A stretch of DNA of 64,000 nucleotides from Octopus sinensis (lineage: Eukaryota), in contig NC_043005.1 in NCBI RefSeq assembly GCF_006345805.1, positions 91,512,001 through 91,576,000 on the forward strand. Direction: 5' to 3'. The notes beneath the pieces are model-generated. The model saw only the letters and a program-made list of their open reading frames with translations. It ran no database searches and was not told where the DNA came from. Position numbers and translations under genes: made by a program. This document shows, piece by piece, positions 40,079-52,920 of this stretch (its first letter is position 1; each line of letters begins with the position of its first letter).

Positions 40079-40699
40079 AAAGCTAAATCTATCAAATTCC
40101 TTTTTGCTGGACCTCTACATTCCGGAGTTGATTTGTTGATGTTTAGTTCTACTGCTAGGGGAAATAACTTGTAGGGTTAAACGTTTAAATCAGTTGAAGA
40201 TTTAGATGTTGGTGAAAGTGTAAAGATGTTCTGGAGCACCTTAACTGAAAAGGTGTATATAATAGCAAGAAAATATATTGAAGTGAATCAAGATTATGTT
40301 TAAAAATAATTATAAAAGTTTATTTAACTACTTCTGCAGTTCCAACTTGTTGATTTCCTGCAAGTTCCTCTCTGTATAGTAATAGTTGACATTGTATAAA
40401 GAAAGGTGAGAGATACAGAGAAAGTTAACATAAGAGGTGCAGGGCAAGTGAATATAGAAGGCTTCTTGACAGGCAATGAGTAAATGAATGCTACACACAG
40501 TGAGAAAAAATCATGGAGGAGGAGGAGAGGGTGTATGTGTGTATGAATATATGTTTTTTTATTGTCTGGGGGAGAGTCATTCCCTTTTACTGCCTCATCA
40601 GTTCAATTTCCACTCATTTACTTAGTTATTTTTCTCAGATTTTCATTGTCTTCCAACAGTCATTGGCTCTGTTATCAGTGCCAAGTCCTTTTTGTTTGT

Positions 40700-41260
40700 G
40701 CACATCTGTGTGTGTCAGTGTTCATGTGTATACACATGTATGTGTGTGCATGTATATATATATGTATGTATGTATGTATGCATGTATGCATGTGTATTCT
40801 GTATATTCATGTGTTTGTGTGCATGTTTGTGTCACTATACATGCATCCATTATGTATGAATGTGTCTCCATATGTGTCCTTGTCTGTGTGTGTGTATGAA
40901 GTGTGCATGTATATATGGTCATGTTTCAGTCTTCATTTATCTGTGTGCCTGTCTGTCTGTATTACCTATGTACCTATCTATTTATCTATATGCATATATG
41001 TGTGCATATATATATATATGTGTGTGTGTGTGTGTACATATGTGTGTATGTAATCGGTGTGTTCATGTTTGTGTGTACCTCTGTTTCTTTGTGTGTGCAT
41101 CTTTGAGTGTGTCTATGGGTATGGATTTGTGTGACTATGTACATGCTTCTGTTATGTATGGATGTTTCCATATGTCCTTGTGTGTACGTGTGAAGTACGT
41201 GTATGTATGGATATATGTATATACACACACAGACATGAATACATACACAGGCATGCATAC
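40700..41260. repeat. long degenerate (TG/TA)n microsatellite array
   Basis: About 560 bp of tgtgtatgtatg-type units, resuming at 42548-42620 after the LINE insertion. Confidence 0.9.
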
Positions 41261-41267
41261 ATAGCAT

Positions 41268-42536
41268 GATGGCTGCCCCCTCATTATTGAGTATGGCCAT
41301 TGCACGAAGCTTAACTGTTACTGGTGCTGTGAACGAATGTGACTTTTTAGCCCAGCTAAAGATCTGCAATGTTTTGTACAGAATTGGCAACCAAAAACTT
41401 TACCAGTAATAGCTGGCTGTAGTTGCAACTGGGCTTCATGTACCTTTGCATGTCGTTTAAGTCCTCCTGCCGAATTACACTCTCTTCCACGTTCCCAACA
41501 GATATGATTAGTATGGTGTGTTACACCACCACCAGTGGCCAGGTTGTCACTCATCTGTCTCCCATTTTATGACTACGAAGGTGACTCTTGAGTCCAGCTT
41601 AACTGAGGCAGGGTCTTGCACAGACACTGCATGTCAGCATCATAGGAAGACTCTTCCCATCTGGAAGTGTAACAGTGATGCTCTTCCTGACATCCCTCTT
41701 TACTTTCTCATGTGCAACTCTAGATTTCTCAAAAGTAGCTGTCCCCTCATGCACAATCCTTCTCCACCTGTTACGATCAATAGCTATGCCTTCCTATGTG
41801 TCAGGACAGGAGAGATGCTAGCATCTCTTAAGGAAGCCTTCAGCAAGTCCTTATACCTCTTTTTTGGTTTATGTGGGGGTCGTTCTCCTTTAGCTAACTC
41901 CCCATAAAAGAGTTGTTTTGGCATCTTTGAATCCTTCATCCTGACCAGATGACCACTCCATCTGAGCCTTTGCTTAACACAAGAGCTTCTATACTTTCAC
42001 TCCGAGAGCCTTCCAATATTTCAAGATCACTGATGCGGTCCTTCCACTTAATGCCATAGATCCGTCTGAGACACATCTGATGGAAACGTTCCAGTTGTTT
42101 AAGGTGGTATCGATATGTGACCCACGTCTCGCAGGCATAGAGAAGAGAAGGGGGGAGCACACATGCCTTGTACACCTTTATCTTTGTCTTTCTGCATATG
42201 TCTCGCCGACTCCAGAGGCGCTTTTCTAGCCTTCCGAAAGCAACACTTGCTTTCCTAATTCTATATGGAATTTCATCATCCAAATTGCTATATCTATTAA
42301 TAGTGCTTCCCAGGTAGACAAACTGATCAACTACATCAAGTCGTTTACCATACACATAGATATTTGGTACACTATACTGCTTACCAGGGACAGTTTGGTA
42401 CATGACAAGTGTTTTCTTGAGATTAACTGTCAATCCTAAGGCAGTGCAAGCATCAGAGAATGCATTCAAAATGTGTTGCATATCAATCTCTGTGTGTGCT
42501 ATTAGCTCACAATCATCTGCATACAAAAGGTCTCAT
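41268..42536 (-). mobile_element. 5'-truncated RTE-BovB-like LINE with an 11-bp TSD
   Basis: YADDC...YLGSTI...EIPYRIRKASVAFGRL...LLYACETW...LERFHQMCLRRI and C-terminal C2H2-like motifs. TSD ATACATAGCAT at 41257-41267 and 42537-42547. Confidence 0.92.
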
Positions 42537-43087
42537 ATACATAGCATACAGTTATGCATACACACACACAGTCATGCATACACACACACAGACATGCATA
42601 CACACACATACAGACATGTAAAATTGGAGTATTATCCTATTGAGTATAAATTTGCTGATCTTAACTGTATCAGAGCTGGAAGGGCAGATGAGGCGAACGG
42701 AGTGGTCCACTGCGAAGTTTTCTTTATGATCCTTTAAGCTTACATGGGGTGGGCTAGGTGTGTAAGGTTTGGTCCTGTCCTCAAGTCCAAGTTTTTTGTG
42801 GTTGATTTCTATAATATATCAGCATGGAGAGTAATTTTTTTTGCTTCTTGAATATTGTTTATTTAATTTTATTTTAAGGTAATGATTATTTAAAATATTT
42901 TTCTTGTAAAAATGTGTATTCATTTCATCATTTTGTATAAGCACCAGCAAATTTGGTAAAAGTTAAAGAGTAATTATTGTATATATGCCATATATCCTAA
43001 TATTACCCAAGGTAGTAGAAGTTAACTGTCATGTGATGAATAACACTTTCAGTTTATACTATAAAACACCATTTTTTATTATTTCAG

Positions 43088-43334
43088 GATGTCTTACATC
43101 GTCTGGAACACACGACATTGCGGAAGGTTACAGGGAATACTGCCATACATTATGATCCTGATCCTCAAAATACAACCATTGCTGAGGATCAAGACTGGGT
43201 CAATGTCTACTATGAAATGCCGGACTTTGATGTGTCACGTATTTCTCCCTGGTTACTTCGCATTGAACTGGACCGGAAAAGAATGACTGATAAAAAATTG
43301 ACAATGGAACAGATTTCAGAGAAAATCACTGCAG
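43088..43334 (+). CDS. POLR2A: RPB1 exon 20
   Basis: [15 protein letters not shown]...[30 protein letters not shown](G). Confidence 0.97.
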
Positions 43335-43811
43335 GTAAGGACTTTCTAAAATTGTATTTGGTATAAGCAAATTCATCTTTAAATTACAATCTTTATCTTT
43401 TTGATTTTCCAATGAAAAATATTTGTATAATTTGGTTTAAACTGAAATTTGCTTATGATTTATTGCGTGTCCTCAATTCTGTAAGTGACTGATTTGTTCC
43501 CATTTCAATTTGACTTTAGTTACTACCATCCTCTTGTATTCTTTTCATCTTTCTCTGAATTCAAACATTAAACTTACCATTCCATTGTGTATTTTTTTGT
43601 TTTACTGAAAAACCTTGCTAGTCTTAGCTACCTACTCATCTTTAATCCAAGTTCTCTCTTTGTTTCAAATTTTCCCCATACAATGAATAAATAACTCAAT
43701 CACTGTTTTGACTATAGCATTTTGGTTTTGTGATTACAGTTCCCTTAATACTACATACATTTTAAAATCTCTTAGTTTTGTCTTGATCATTTCTATTTTC
43801 ATACATCTTAA

Positions 43812-43991
<180 letters not shown>

Positions 43992-45291
43992 TAGAAATTT
44001 TATAGTTTTGAAGGTTGAATAGGCTTACGATGATTTTTTGCCTAAAATAATTGACAGATATTGTTTGTAGTTTCTAATATGTGCTGGTGGTCAAACCAAT
44101 GATCAGAGCACAAGTATCACAGATGTGTAGAGTAATTTTTTTAGATATTTCACTCTAAAGAGTAAAGGATGATAGCCTTTGCTGGATCTCAGACTTGTGT
44201 TGGTAAAGGAAGGAAGCAATCATGACTAATGTTGCTGCTAATTGCTTCAATCTTTGTTGGAAATCAGTGGTAGCTGGTGAGCAAATGAATCAGCTTCCTG
44301 AGCTATTACCTAACTGTTAGAACCCCTGTATAACATATCAATGGGGTTCTGCTGAAAAACTAGATCCACTAGTATCCTTTAACAAACGTGACTCTTTGCA
44401 GAGAAGGTCCCGTAGGGACCAGCACTTTGATATTGAATCATCCTTAGATTAGAAACTTGGGATCTTTTGCATTTGGTGCCAATTTCAATTTCTGTTTGAA
44501 CTGATTTCATATTCAGTCTACTGATACACTTTTATAGGCTAATCAGTGTCTTGAAAAATCAAAGTCATTGTCTGGCTATTAAAGTTTGAAAATTTTGGGT
44601 AATTTTAGCCACTCATAAGCCACAGACACACTCATGCCTATTTCCATAGTTACAAGCCAAACATGGGAACTCTTTTGTCTGTGAGAAAGCACGTGTTGAC
44701 AAATATATTGAAACCACTTGTTGATGCTGTGTTCTACTGTTTTACTCGCCAAAATGCATATCAAATGCTTAAATGTTTGTTTTTTAAAAATATTTAATTT
44801 GTAATGTGCTGTTTTTCGCATTAAATGCATATTGAATGCTTAAAACTACAATAAAAACCGTGTCGTTTACTCATTTTCTGCGTGTAGAATGCAAATATTA
44901 ACAACACCTGCTATTTTCAGGATGTTGACAATATGTGCTGTCATGTACAAAATGACAGCTTCCAAAACCTGTTTCTTGACCCTCTATAATTTAAAAATTT
45001 TATTCTGGTAAAAGTGAAATAACTCCAGCAATTCAGCTTGGAAAACTACATTAATCTACCAGATTTTAAAATTTTCAATTAAACTTTAATTTTTGAAACC
45101 TTGGCAGCCAAACAGAAAAGATTCAAAACTTGGTCTGAATGTTTACAACAGTACAGACTACATGAAAGACACCATGGGTCAGGTTATAATCAAGCAGTCA
45201 ACAGGTGGATTAGGTCTATCAATAGTTTATAAAAATAACTGTATTAAAAAACTTCTTGTATATCAATTCATTGTTTTCTTGTAATATATAG

Positions 45292-45396
45292 GAAGAAGAT
45301 ATTGTTGATAAAATGGAAGATGATGTTCTGTTGCGCTGTATTGAAGCCAATATTCTAACAGACATGACTCTGCAAGGCATTGAGTCAATTTCCAAG
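45292..45396 (+). CDS. POLR2A: RPB1 exon 22
   Basis: [35 protein letters not shown]. Confidence 0.96.
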
Positions 45397-45514
45397 GTAA
45401 ATAAACTTTAATTTAATTTTCTAATGATTTCAGTGGGCTTCTGTAGTGTCTGCTGGTTTAATATCTTTTGATTTAAAAAATTTGTGTTATCTTTTTGAAG
45501 ACCAGTATATTGTC

Positions 45515-46152
45515 TTCCAGTGATGCCTGTGTACATGCAGCTGTGTTACGTGGTAGTGAAACATGGGATTTGACTACAGGGGCTTGCGAAGGCTTGAAAG
45601 AAATGAAACTAGCATCTCTGCTGGATGGGTAATGTTGGTGAGCATGCACGACAGAGTGTAAATGGTTTAAGAGGAAAACTGGGTATAAGAGGCGTTAGAT
45701 GTATGTAAGAGAGAAGACTGCACTGGTTTGGTCATGTGATGTGTGTGGATGAGGATAGCTGTGTAAAGAAGTGCTGAGCTCTAATAGGGGAGGGTACCTG
45801 TGGAAAGGGTAGACCCGAGAAGATGTAGGATGAAGTGGTGAGAAAGGATCTTCGAAAGCAGGGCCACACTGAGGAAATGCCGAGGGACCTGGAGATGTGG
45901 CACTTTGCTGTACTTGATAAGACGCCTCAAGCTTGCTGTCTTCCACACATACAGGCTTATTTTTTCAGGTTCCAGTGCCACATAAAAGCACCTGTGCCAG
46001 TGCTGCATAAAAGCACCTGTGCCTGTGCATCCAGCACACTCTGTTAAGTGGTTGGCGTTAGGAAGGGCATCCAGGTGTAGAGACCATGCGACAACAGACA
46101 AATCTGTTCAACCTATGCCAGCATGGAAAGTGGACATTAAATGATGGTGATG
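45515..46152 (+). mobile_element. degenerate RTE LINE 3' part, RPB1 intron 22
   Basis: GSETW, RRLHWFGHV and GRPEK-like remnants, then the family 3'UTR ending attaaatgatggtgatg about 20 nt before exon 23. Confidence 0.8.
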
Positions 46153-46171
46153 TCATTTATTTTTATGGCAG

Positions 46172-46354
46172 GTGTACATGCATTTACCAACAACTGATGA
46201 CAAAAAACGTATCCATATTACTGACGATGGTGAATTTAAAGCAGTTGCCGAATGGATTCTTGAAACTGATGGGACTGCTCTGATGAAAGTAATCAGTGAA
46301 AAAGATGTTGACAAGTGTCGAACTACATCTAACGATATAGTTGAAATCTTCTCG
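46172..46354 (+). CDS. POLR2A: RPB1 exon 23
   Basis: [34 protein letters not shown]...[11 protein letters not shown]. Confidence 0.97.
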
Positions 46355-46567
46355 GTAAGTAATTTTGAAATTTTCTGTGTTTAAGGTTGTATTGTAACAA
46401 GTTTTGATAACTTGGGAGATGAAAATCAAAAAAATTTGTATAGCAGCATAGACAGTGATGTATAAGTGTCCTACTATATAGTTGTACTAAGCAGCTTACA
46501 AATGTTGCCTTGAGAATGCTTTGTTTAACAACCCATTATTAGTTGCTGATATTTGACTTTTTTATTG

Positions 46568-46915
46568 TTAACCCCTTTCATTGCTATATTTCTAACTAAA
46601 CACACTCCTTATGAGTTTCAATTAAATTCTAAAATAATCACAGATTTAAACTGGTTTTATTAAACAACTAACTTTTTTTATATATCGACATATTGTGATT
46701 TTTGGAACACAATAGAAGGAAAAATTCTTAATGAATTCTGTTGGATAACTTTTGTCTCAAAGTGACTCTAATTACAGGTAAATTCAGTAAAATATAAAGA
46801 TATTTAAATTTTGTTTAAACATTACCATAGAAAATGAGTCGTCAGCTAATATTCAATTGGGTACGTAACAAGATTTTAATATAGAAGAATTGTGCACATC
46901 TCTAGATCATCAGTT
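46568..46915. repeat. AT-rich dispersed repeat (probable MITE), RPB1 intron 23
   Basis: Matches 31985-32360. Confidence 0.6.
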
Positions 46916-48767
46916 GAATTTAATGCACAACAGAACAGGTGTACCATAAAGGGATAACAAAATGAAATACTGGAATTTGCTTTTGAAGAAAACTAGAAAC
47001 TGAAATACATCATCTAAATGAAATAAACTCAGACATACATGAATACACAGAAACATATATAATAAAGATTTACAATAGAAATTAAGTGAAAACTTTAAGA
47101 GATTTGGTTAATGCATGAATTATTCTTCCTAAACCATGCTTGCGCTTCCTTTAACATGTGTTCTGCAGCATTTTTCAGTCTTTTAAGTACCATCTTTGCA
47201 AGTATGTTGTTGGATACTGACAGAAGCAAGATGATATGCTAGTTATTGCACTCCCTAAGATTTCCTTTTCTCAACAGTGTCACCAGCGATATTCTATCCC
47301 TTTCCAGTTCCATCCAATCACTCAACTTCTCTTCTAAAATTGCTCCTCTACAACATAAAAACCTATTCTTCTGGACGCTTCTCTAACCCTTTAACTCTGT
47401 ACCTCTTAGCATAAAGTTACCTCCCTCTCTACTGTGGCCCTACTCAGTTGAAGGAGATCTTAGTCTTGCAGGACGCATGGTAACCTCACTAGTACTGGTG
47501 CCACAAAAAAAAAAAAGAGCACCCCTTTACACAATGTAAAAGAAGGGTATCCAGATATAGAAACCCTGCTAAACTAGAGATACTGAAGCATGAAGCAGTC
47601 CTTGACTCGTCACACTGTCAAACTGTCCAACCTATGCCAGCATGGAATATGGACATTTAAATAATAAAATTATATCTAATGCTATAATTTTAACAAGTGC
47701 TGCTTTTTCCATTCCAAGAACCACAAAAAAAAAAAAATGGTTCTTTCACAATTAAAATAGTTCATCATCATCATTATTTAACACCCATCCTCCATCTTCA
47801 AATCATCAATTCTCAATTTGATTAACTGTAAAAAAAAAAAAAAAAGCTTTCAATTTTGGAATTGCTTTTGCATCATCCTTCAATAAAGACACTCATTGTC
47901 AAATGACAGGCAATGGGAGATTGCTGAAAGCTTTCAGATGTAAAAGCTTTATTGGAACAGTAGTTTCTATTATCTCTGATAGTCTTCTTGATAGTGAGTA
48001 ACTAGTTGACGCATCCCAACTATGCAGGCTGAAAGTAGTAATGGTGGAGACAAGCTGATGCTAGAGGAGCTGGATTATGTGAACCGACATTTGCTTGATA
48101 TCATAGGATGTTCAAGGCAGGCAGAGAAACAAGACAGGGATCATAAAAATACAAAGTGATTTCTCCGCCTCTCTCTTATGGTAAAAAATTATAATGAACA
48201 AAGGGAAATGTTTTGTGTTTCTTGGAAGTGGAACCTAGGAGCATGACACTGTGAGACTTAGAAAAGCAAATCAAGCTTTCAACAATTGAAATCCCGTCTG
48301 AAGGACAAAGATTCTGTTCACACACTCAGCATCATGCACATTTCAGTTTTTGAATAGTCTCAGCTTAATGATAGTAAATCTACACATATATCCTCAAAAA
48401 GCTGCAAACATTCATGGGTAAATATACTTCAGCAACATCTTGTGCATTAGTAAAAATAATTTTACTGATGGATATGTGAGCTCTTAATTGTATTTTTTTT
48501 TTTATTTTGTAAGACGTATAATTATACAGTATTTTATTAACTCTGTAAAATTCGAATTGCTTTAAAGTTTCTTGTCTGGCTCTTTGTCTTCTAAGTTAAA
48601 GTTAACTGACCTAACAACTATACGGACTTCATATTAGACAAAGTTTGAGAAATGGATAAATTTCAATTGAAAATAATCAGTCCCTTTGGTAAAAATACAA
48701 TTTCTAAAATTCTTTGTTTTAACATTGTTGCAATTCACAAAACAAATAATTTTGTTTGTTCTTTTAG

Positions 48768-48971
48768 TCACTTGGAATTGAAGCTGTTCGAAAATCAATT
48801 GAAAAAGAGATGAACCATGTAATTTCTTTTGATGGTTCATATGTAAATTACCGACATTTGGCCTTGTTATGTGATGTTATGACAGCTAAAGGTCATTTAA
48901 TGGCTATCACTCGTCATGGTGTTAACAGACAAGAAACTGGTGCATTAGCTCGGTGTTCTTTTGAAGAAACC
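48768..48971 (+). CDS. POLR2A: RPB1 exon 24
   Basis: [39 protein letters not shown]...RCSFEET. Confidence 0.97.
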
Positions 48972-49064
48972 GTAAGTTATTTCTCCTTATTAACCTATTT
49001 AAATTATTGCTGAAAGTAATTTCAATATTTCATCCTAATTTCTGTGTTTGTATCACTGATTTAG

Positions 49065-49251
49065 GTTGATATTTTGATGGAAGCAGCTTCTCATTCAGAA
49101 ATTGATCCAATGAAAGGTGTCTCGGAGAACATAATGGTGGGGCAACTTGCACGGATTGGCACCGGTAGTTTTGATTTACTTCTTGATGGGGACAAGTGCA
49201 AATTTGGTATGGAGATACCATCCAATGTTGGCCCTGGCATGCTTGGTACTG
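49065..49251 (+). CDS. POLR2A: RPB1 exon 25
   Basis: [41 protein letters not shown]...GMLGT(G). Confidence 0.97.
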
Positions 49252-50582
49252 GTAAGCAATTTATGATTTTATGTCAGCTTTTTGCATTGTTTTGTGATCT
49301 ATTGAGGGAGAGGAGAGAGAACAATGTAATTTATTTCTTCTTGGTAGCAATTTCTTAGCATAATGACTGTATAGTTAATCTGAGTAATCAACAAAGAATT
49401 AATACTTGAATGCGAACTGCTTGACAGATTGGATTTTTTAAATGTAAGTGGTTTACTTCAATTTTGAATTTTGTAACAACACGTTCCTTGGTAATATAAT
49501 TTTACCTCATTTGATATGGCTTTAGACTTAAAGAATCATTTCAAAATACGAGAGATACTCATCTCTGAGCTGAATACCAGCTGTTTGAATCAAATCTAGA
49601 GATTGAGACTTTGTACTTACGCACAGGGCCACACATTTTCAGAGAAGTAATACAGTTAACTGAATTGACTCATTGATGTGCCCGAGAAATGAAAGGCAAA
49701 ATTTAAGTCCACTGTTTTGAATTTGGAATATGGAGGACATAATTAAAAATAAGCATTTAGTTTGACACTCTTCTTTACTTGTCAACATAGTTCTCTGATG
49801 ATAATGTGATATAAATAAATGTTTTATTTATTTGAATGGATTTCTAATGCTAACTATTAAAAAAAAATAATTGTGTGACATTTGGTCACACATTACCTGA
49901 CCAAACTTCCTATAATTTTATGCAGCATAAATTTAGAGTTGAGGGAACTGAAAATTGTGAGGGTCTGTAATAAAGTTTGATTGTTGATTGCATAAGCATA
50001 TTAACGAGTAACATCAAGTACAAACTAGCTTAGAAGGTTTTCAGAATTTAGAAATATCAATCTCATTACTATGAATGAGAAAAAGTGAGCTTTTCTGATG
50101 AACACTAATCATGAACTGATTATTTTAAATGTGAGGCAGTTAAATCTAATTTAAGGGAAGTTTAATTGGAACCGACACTAACACAGCTGGTTATTCTCTT
50201 GTTGTGTTCACTGTTTTTATGTAATTTACATGTTAGACATATTTCAATATTTTATGTAGCAATAGCTTCTCTCAGTATTGATGATGTTCTGGTCAGCATT
50301 GACTGCCATATATATTCATGGAATACCTCTCATTATGTATCACTTACATAAGCAAATTTTTGTAATATTAACACAATTTCTTCTGTTTAAGATTTTTTTG
50401 CCATTGAAATTTCTTTACTTAGTAAGAATTCAAAATCACAGTGAAGGTTTTTAAATACATCTAAACCCATCCTTGTTGTCTTTGCCAAACATGTACAGTA
50501 ACAAAGTTTTGTATTACATGAGGTTAACTAATTTAACATAGATAAAAATTTTAGTAAATTTTCGTTTAAAATTTATTTACAG

Positions 50583-51940
50583 GTATGGGCACTGGAATGT
50601 TCTTTGGATCTGGTGGAAGCCCTATGACTGGAATGTCACCACAGATGACACCATGGCTCACAAGTGCCACACCTGGTTATATCGGCTCTTGGTCCCCTGG
50701 TATTGGAAGTGGAATGACACCTGGTGGTGCTGGCTTTTCACCATCAGCTGCAAGTGAAAGTGGTTGCAGTCCCGGCTACAATGCATACTGGTCTCCCCTC
50801 AGTGGATCTCCGTCATCTCCAGGCAGTGCTTACATTCCGAGCCCTGGTGGCGCACTGTCTCCAAGTTATTCACCTAAATCTCCTGTTTATGTACCCGTGT
50901 CACCAGCTATGACACCACACAGCCCAAGCTATTCTCCATCAAGTACATCATATTCCCCTGCAAGTCCTGCTTATTCTCCATCTTCACCAAGCTATAGCCC
51001 AACATCACCATCTTACTCACCTACCAGTCCTTCTTATAGCCCAACTTCACCCTCTTATTCTCCAACCAGCCCCTCCTACTCCCCAACTAGCCCATCATAC
51101 TCCCCTACCAGTCCTAGTTATAGTCCTACTTCCCCCTCATATTCTCCAACAAGTCCTAGTTACAGCCCCACATCTCCTTCTTACTCTCCAACCAGCCCAA
51201 GCTATAGCCCCACTTCTCCTTCTTACTCTCCAACCAGTCCTTCTTATTCCCCAACAAGTCCATCTTATTCTCCGACTAGCCCTAGTTACAGTCCAGCAAG
51301 CCCCAGTTACTCGCCTTCCTCTCCTAATTACAGTGCTACCAGCCCTTCATATTCTCCAACCAGCCCATCTTACTCTCCTACTAGTCCTTCATACTCTCCC
51401 ACCAGCCCCAACTATAGTCCTAGCTCTCCTAGCTACAGTCCTAGCAGTCCAAGTTACTCCCCCAGCAGTCCAAAATACAGCCCTACATCCCCTTCTTACT
51501 CTCCTACATCACCATCTTACTCTCCAACTTCTCCTTCTTACTCTCCTACTTCTCCTCAGTATTCTCCTTCTTCTCCAAAATATTCTCCTACAAGCCCTGC
51601 ATACTCTCCCAGCAGTCCAAAATACACACCCACATCAACTTATTCTCCTGCTTCACCAAAATACAGCCCTACTTCTCCTGAGTACAGCCCAACGTCCCCT
51701 CAGTATAGTTTAACTTCTCCTAGATATTCTCCAACCAGTCCTACTTTCAGCCCAACTAGCCCCAAATATTCTCCGACCAGTCCAACATCAAGTCCCAAAT
51801 ACTCTCCTACCAGCCCTACATACAGCCCCACAAGTCCTAAATATTCTCCAACTAGTCCCACATATTCTCCTAGTTCACCCAAACCTTCCCCAGCCAGTCC
51901 GATTTACAGCCCAACTGATGACGATGATAAAGAGACATAA
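50583..51940 (+). CDS. POLR2A: RPB1 exon 26 (linker and entire CTD)
   Basis: cag acceptor, then (G)[14 protein letters not shown]..., YSPTSPS heptads and an acidic tail [11 protein letters not shown]. Confidence 0.99.
50930..51937 (+). repeat. CTD heptad coding repeat (21-nt unit): about 47 units, plus 3 degenerate units just upstream
   Basis: Manual count: 19 consensus YSPTSPS (14 consecutive at 50993-51286), 8 Lys7 units in the distal half, one 6-mer (YTPTST) and one 11-mer ([11 protein letters not shown]). Confidence 0.92.
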
Positions 51941-52109
51941 GCTTCTGGAGAATTAGGACCAACACACACTACAGAAACTATACATATGTACTTATACACA
52001 AAACTAAACATTCATCATTATAACACACTGATACACACACACACACACACACACACCTGCTCCAATTAATCATTGATACAATTCGTTTGTATATACATAT
52101 ATATTTGTA

Positions 52110-52115
52110 AATAAA
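52110..52115 (+). terminator. candidate RPB1 polyadenylation signal AATAAA
   Basis: First AATAAA after the stop, about 170 nt downstream, followed by T/GT-rich sequence. Further AATAAA copies lie near 52710-52719. Confidence 0.4.
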
Positions 52116-52724
52116 TTACCATGCTGCCTTTTATGTAGGCTGGGTTTTATATTTATCTATTGATATAACAGTTGCCAAGATTTTTTTTATAGTTTTTATT
52201 TTAAATAATTATCAGGAATTAGAAAAACTGAAATGGTAAAAAAAAAATTCAACGGAATTGTTTTTGAAATATTCCAGAGTGTTTGTAAATGTTAACTTCT
52301 AAATAATATTGTAGTTGAAAAAAATAATTCACTTTTGACAAGATTCTTATATCTTTTACATTTGAAAATTTCATGGGAATACAGTGCTAGTTTGACTGAG
52401 ATTTACTAAAAAACACTATTCCAAAACAAGCAGAAAAAATTTGTTTCCAGGATTTTATTTTTCGTTTTCCTCCAGCTTATTTCCAGTCTGCTAAGCCGAA
52501 AGTTGATACCACACTTGCACTTCAAAGTGGGGCAGTATTAACAAAGAACACCTAGCTACAGAAATATATATATATATATATAAATTAGAAAAAAACCCAC
52601 CTTTTATCAATTCAAAATGAAAAATTAAATTACACCATCTAGAAAATTACATATAGAAATATTAAATATAAGATAAAAAATATAACGATGATTAAGTAAT
52701 GTGCAAAATAATAAATAAAACGTA

Positions 52725-52760
<36 letters not shown>

Positions 52761-52864
52761 AGGAAATTCATTTGTAAATTTCCAAATGCTATCTCCCATA
52801 AACTGCATGTAAAAGTATGCTTTTATATTGTATTTAAGAAAATGCAAGTGTGTCTGTTGATGTA

Positions 52865-52920
<56 letters not shown>

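Noticed and set aside
40513-41390. Several overlapping ORFs of 130-160 aa rich in C/V/Y/M/H/T
   Set aside because: They are translations of the (TG/TA)n microsatellite array, not genes.
49152-49154. Arg in place of the human LGQLAP proline (a reported hydroxylation/VHL site)
   Set aside because: From memory, non-Pro residues occur here in other invertebrate RPB1 proteins, so it is not distinctive.
50724-51882. Alternative-frame and antisense ORFs over the CTD
   Set aside because: By-products of the 21-nt coding repeat.
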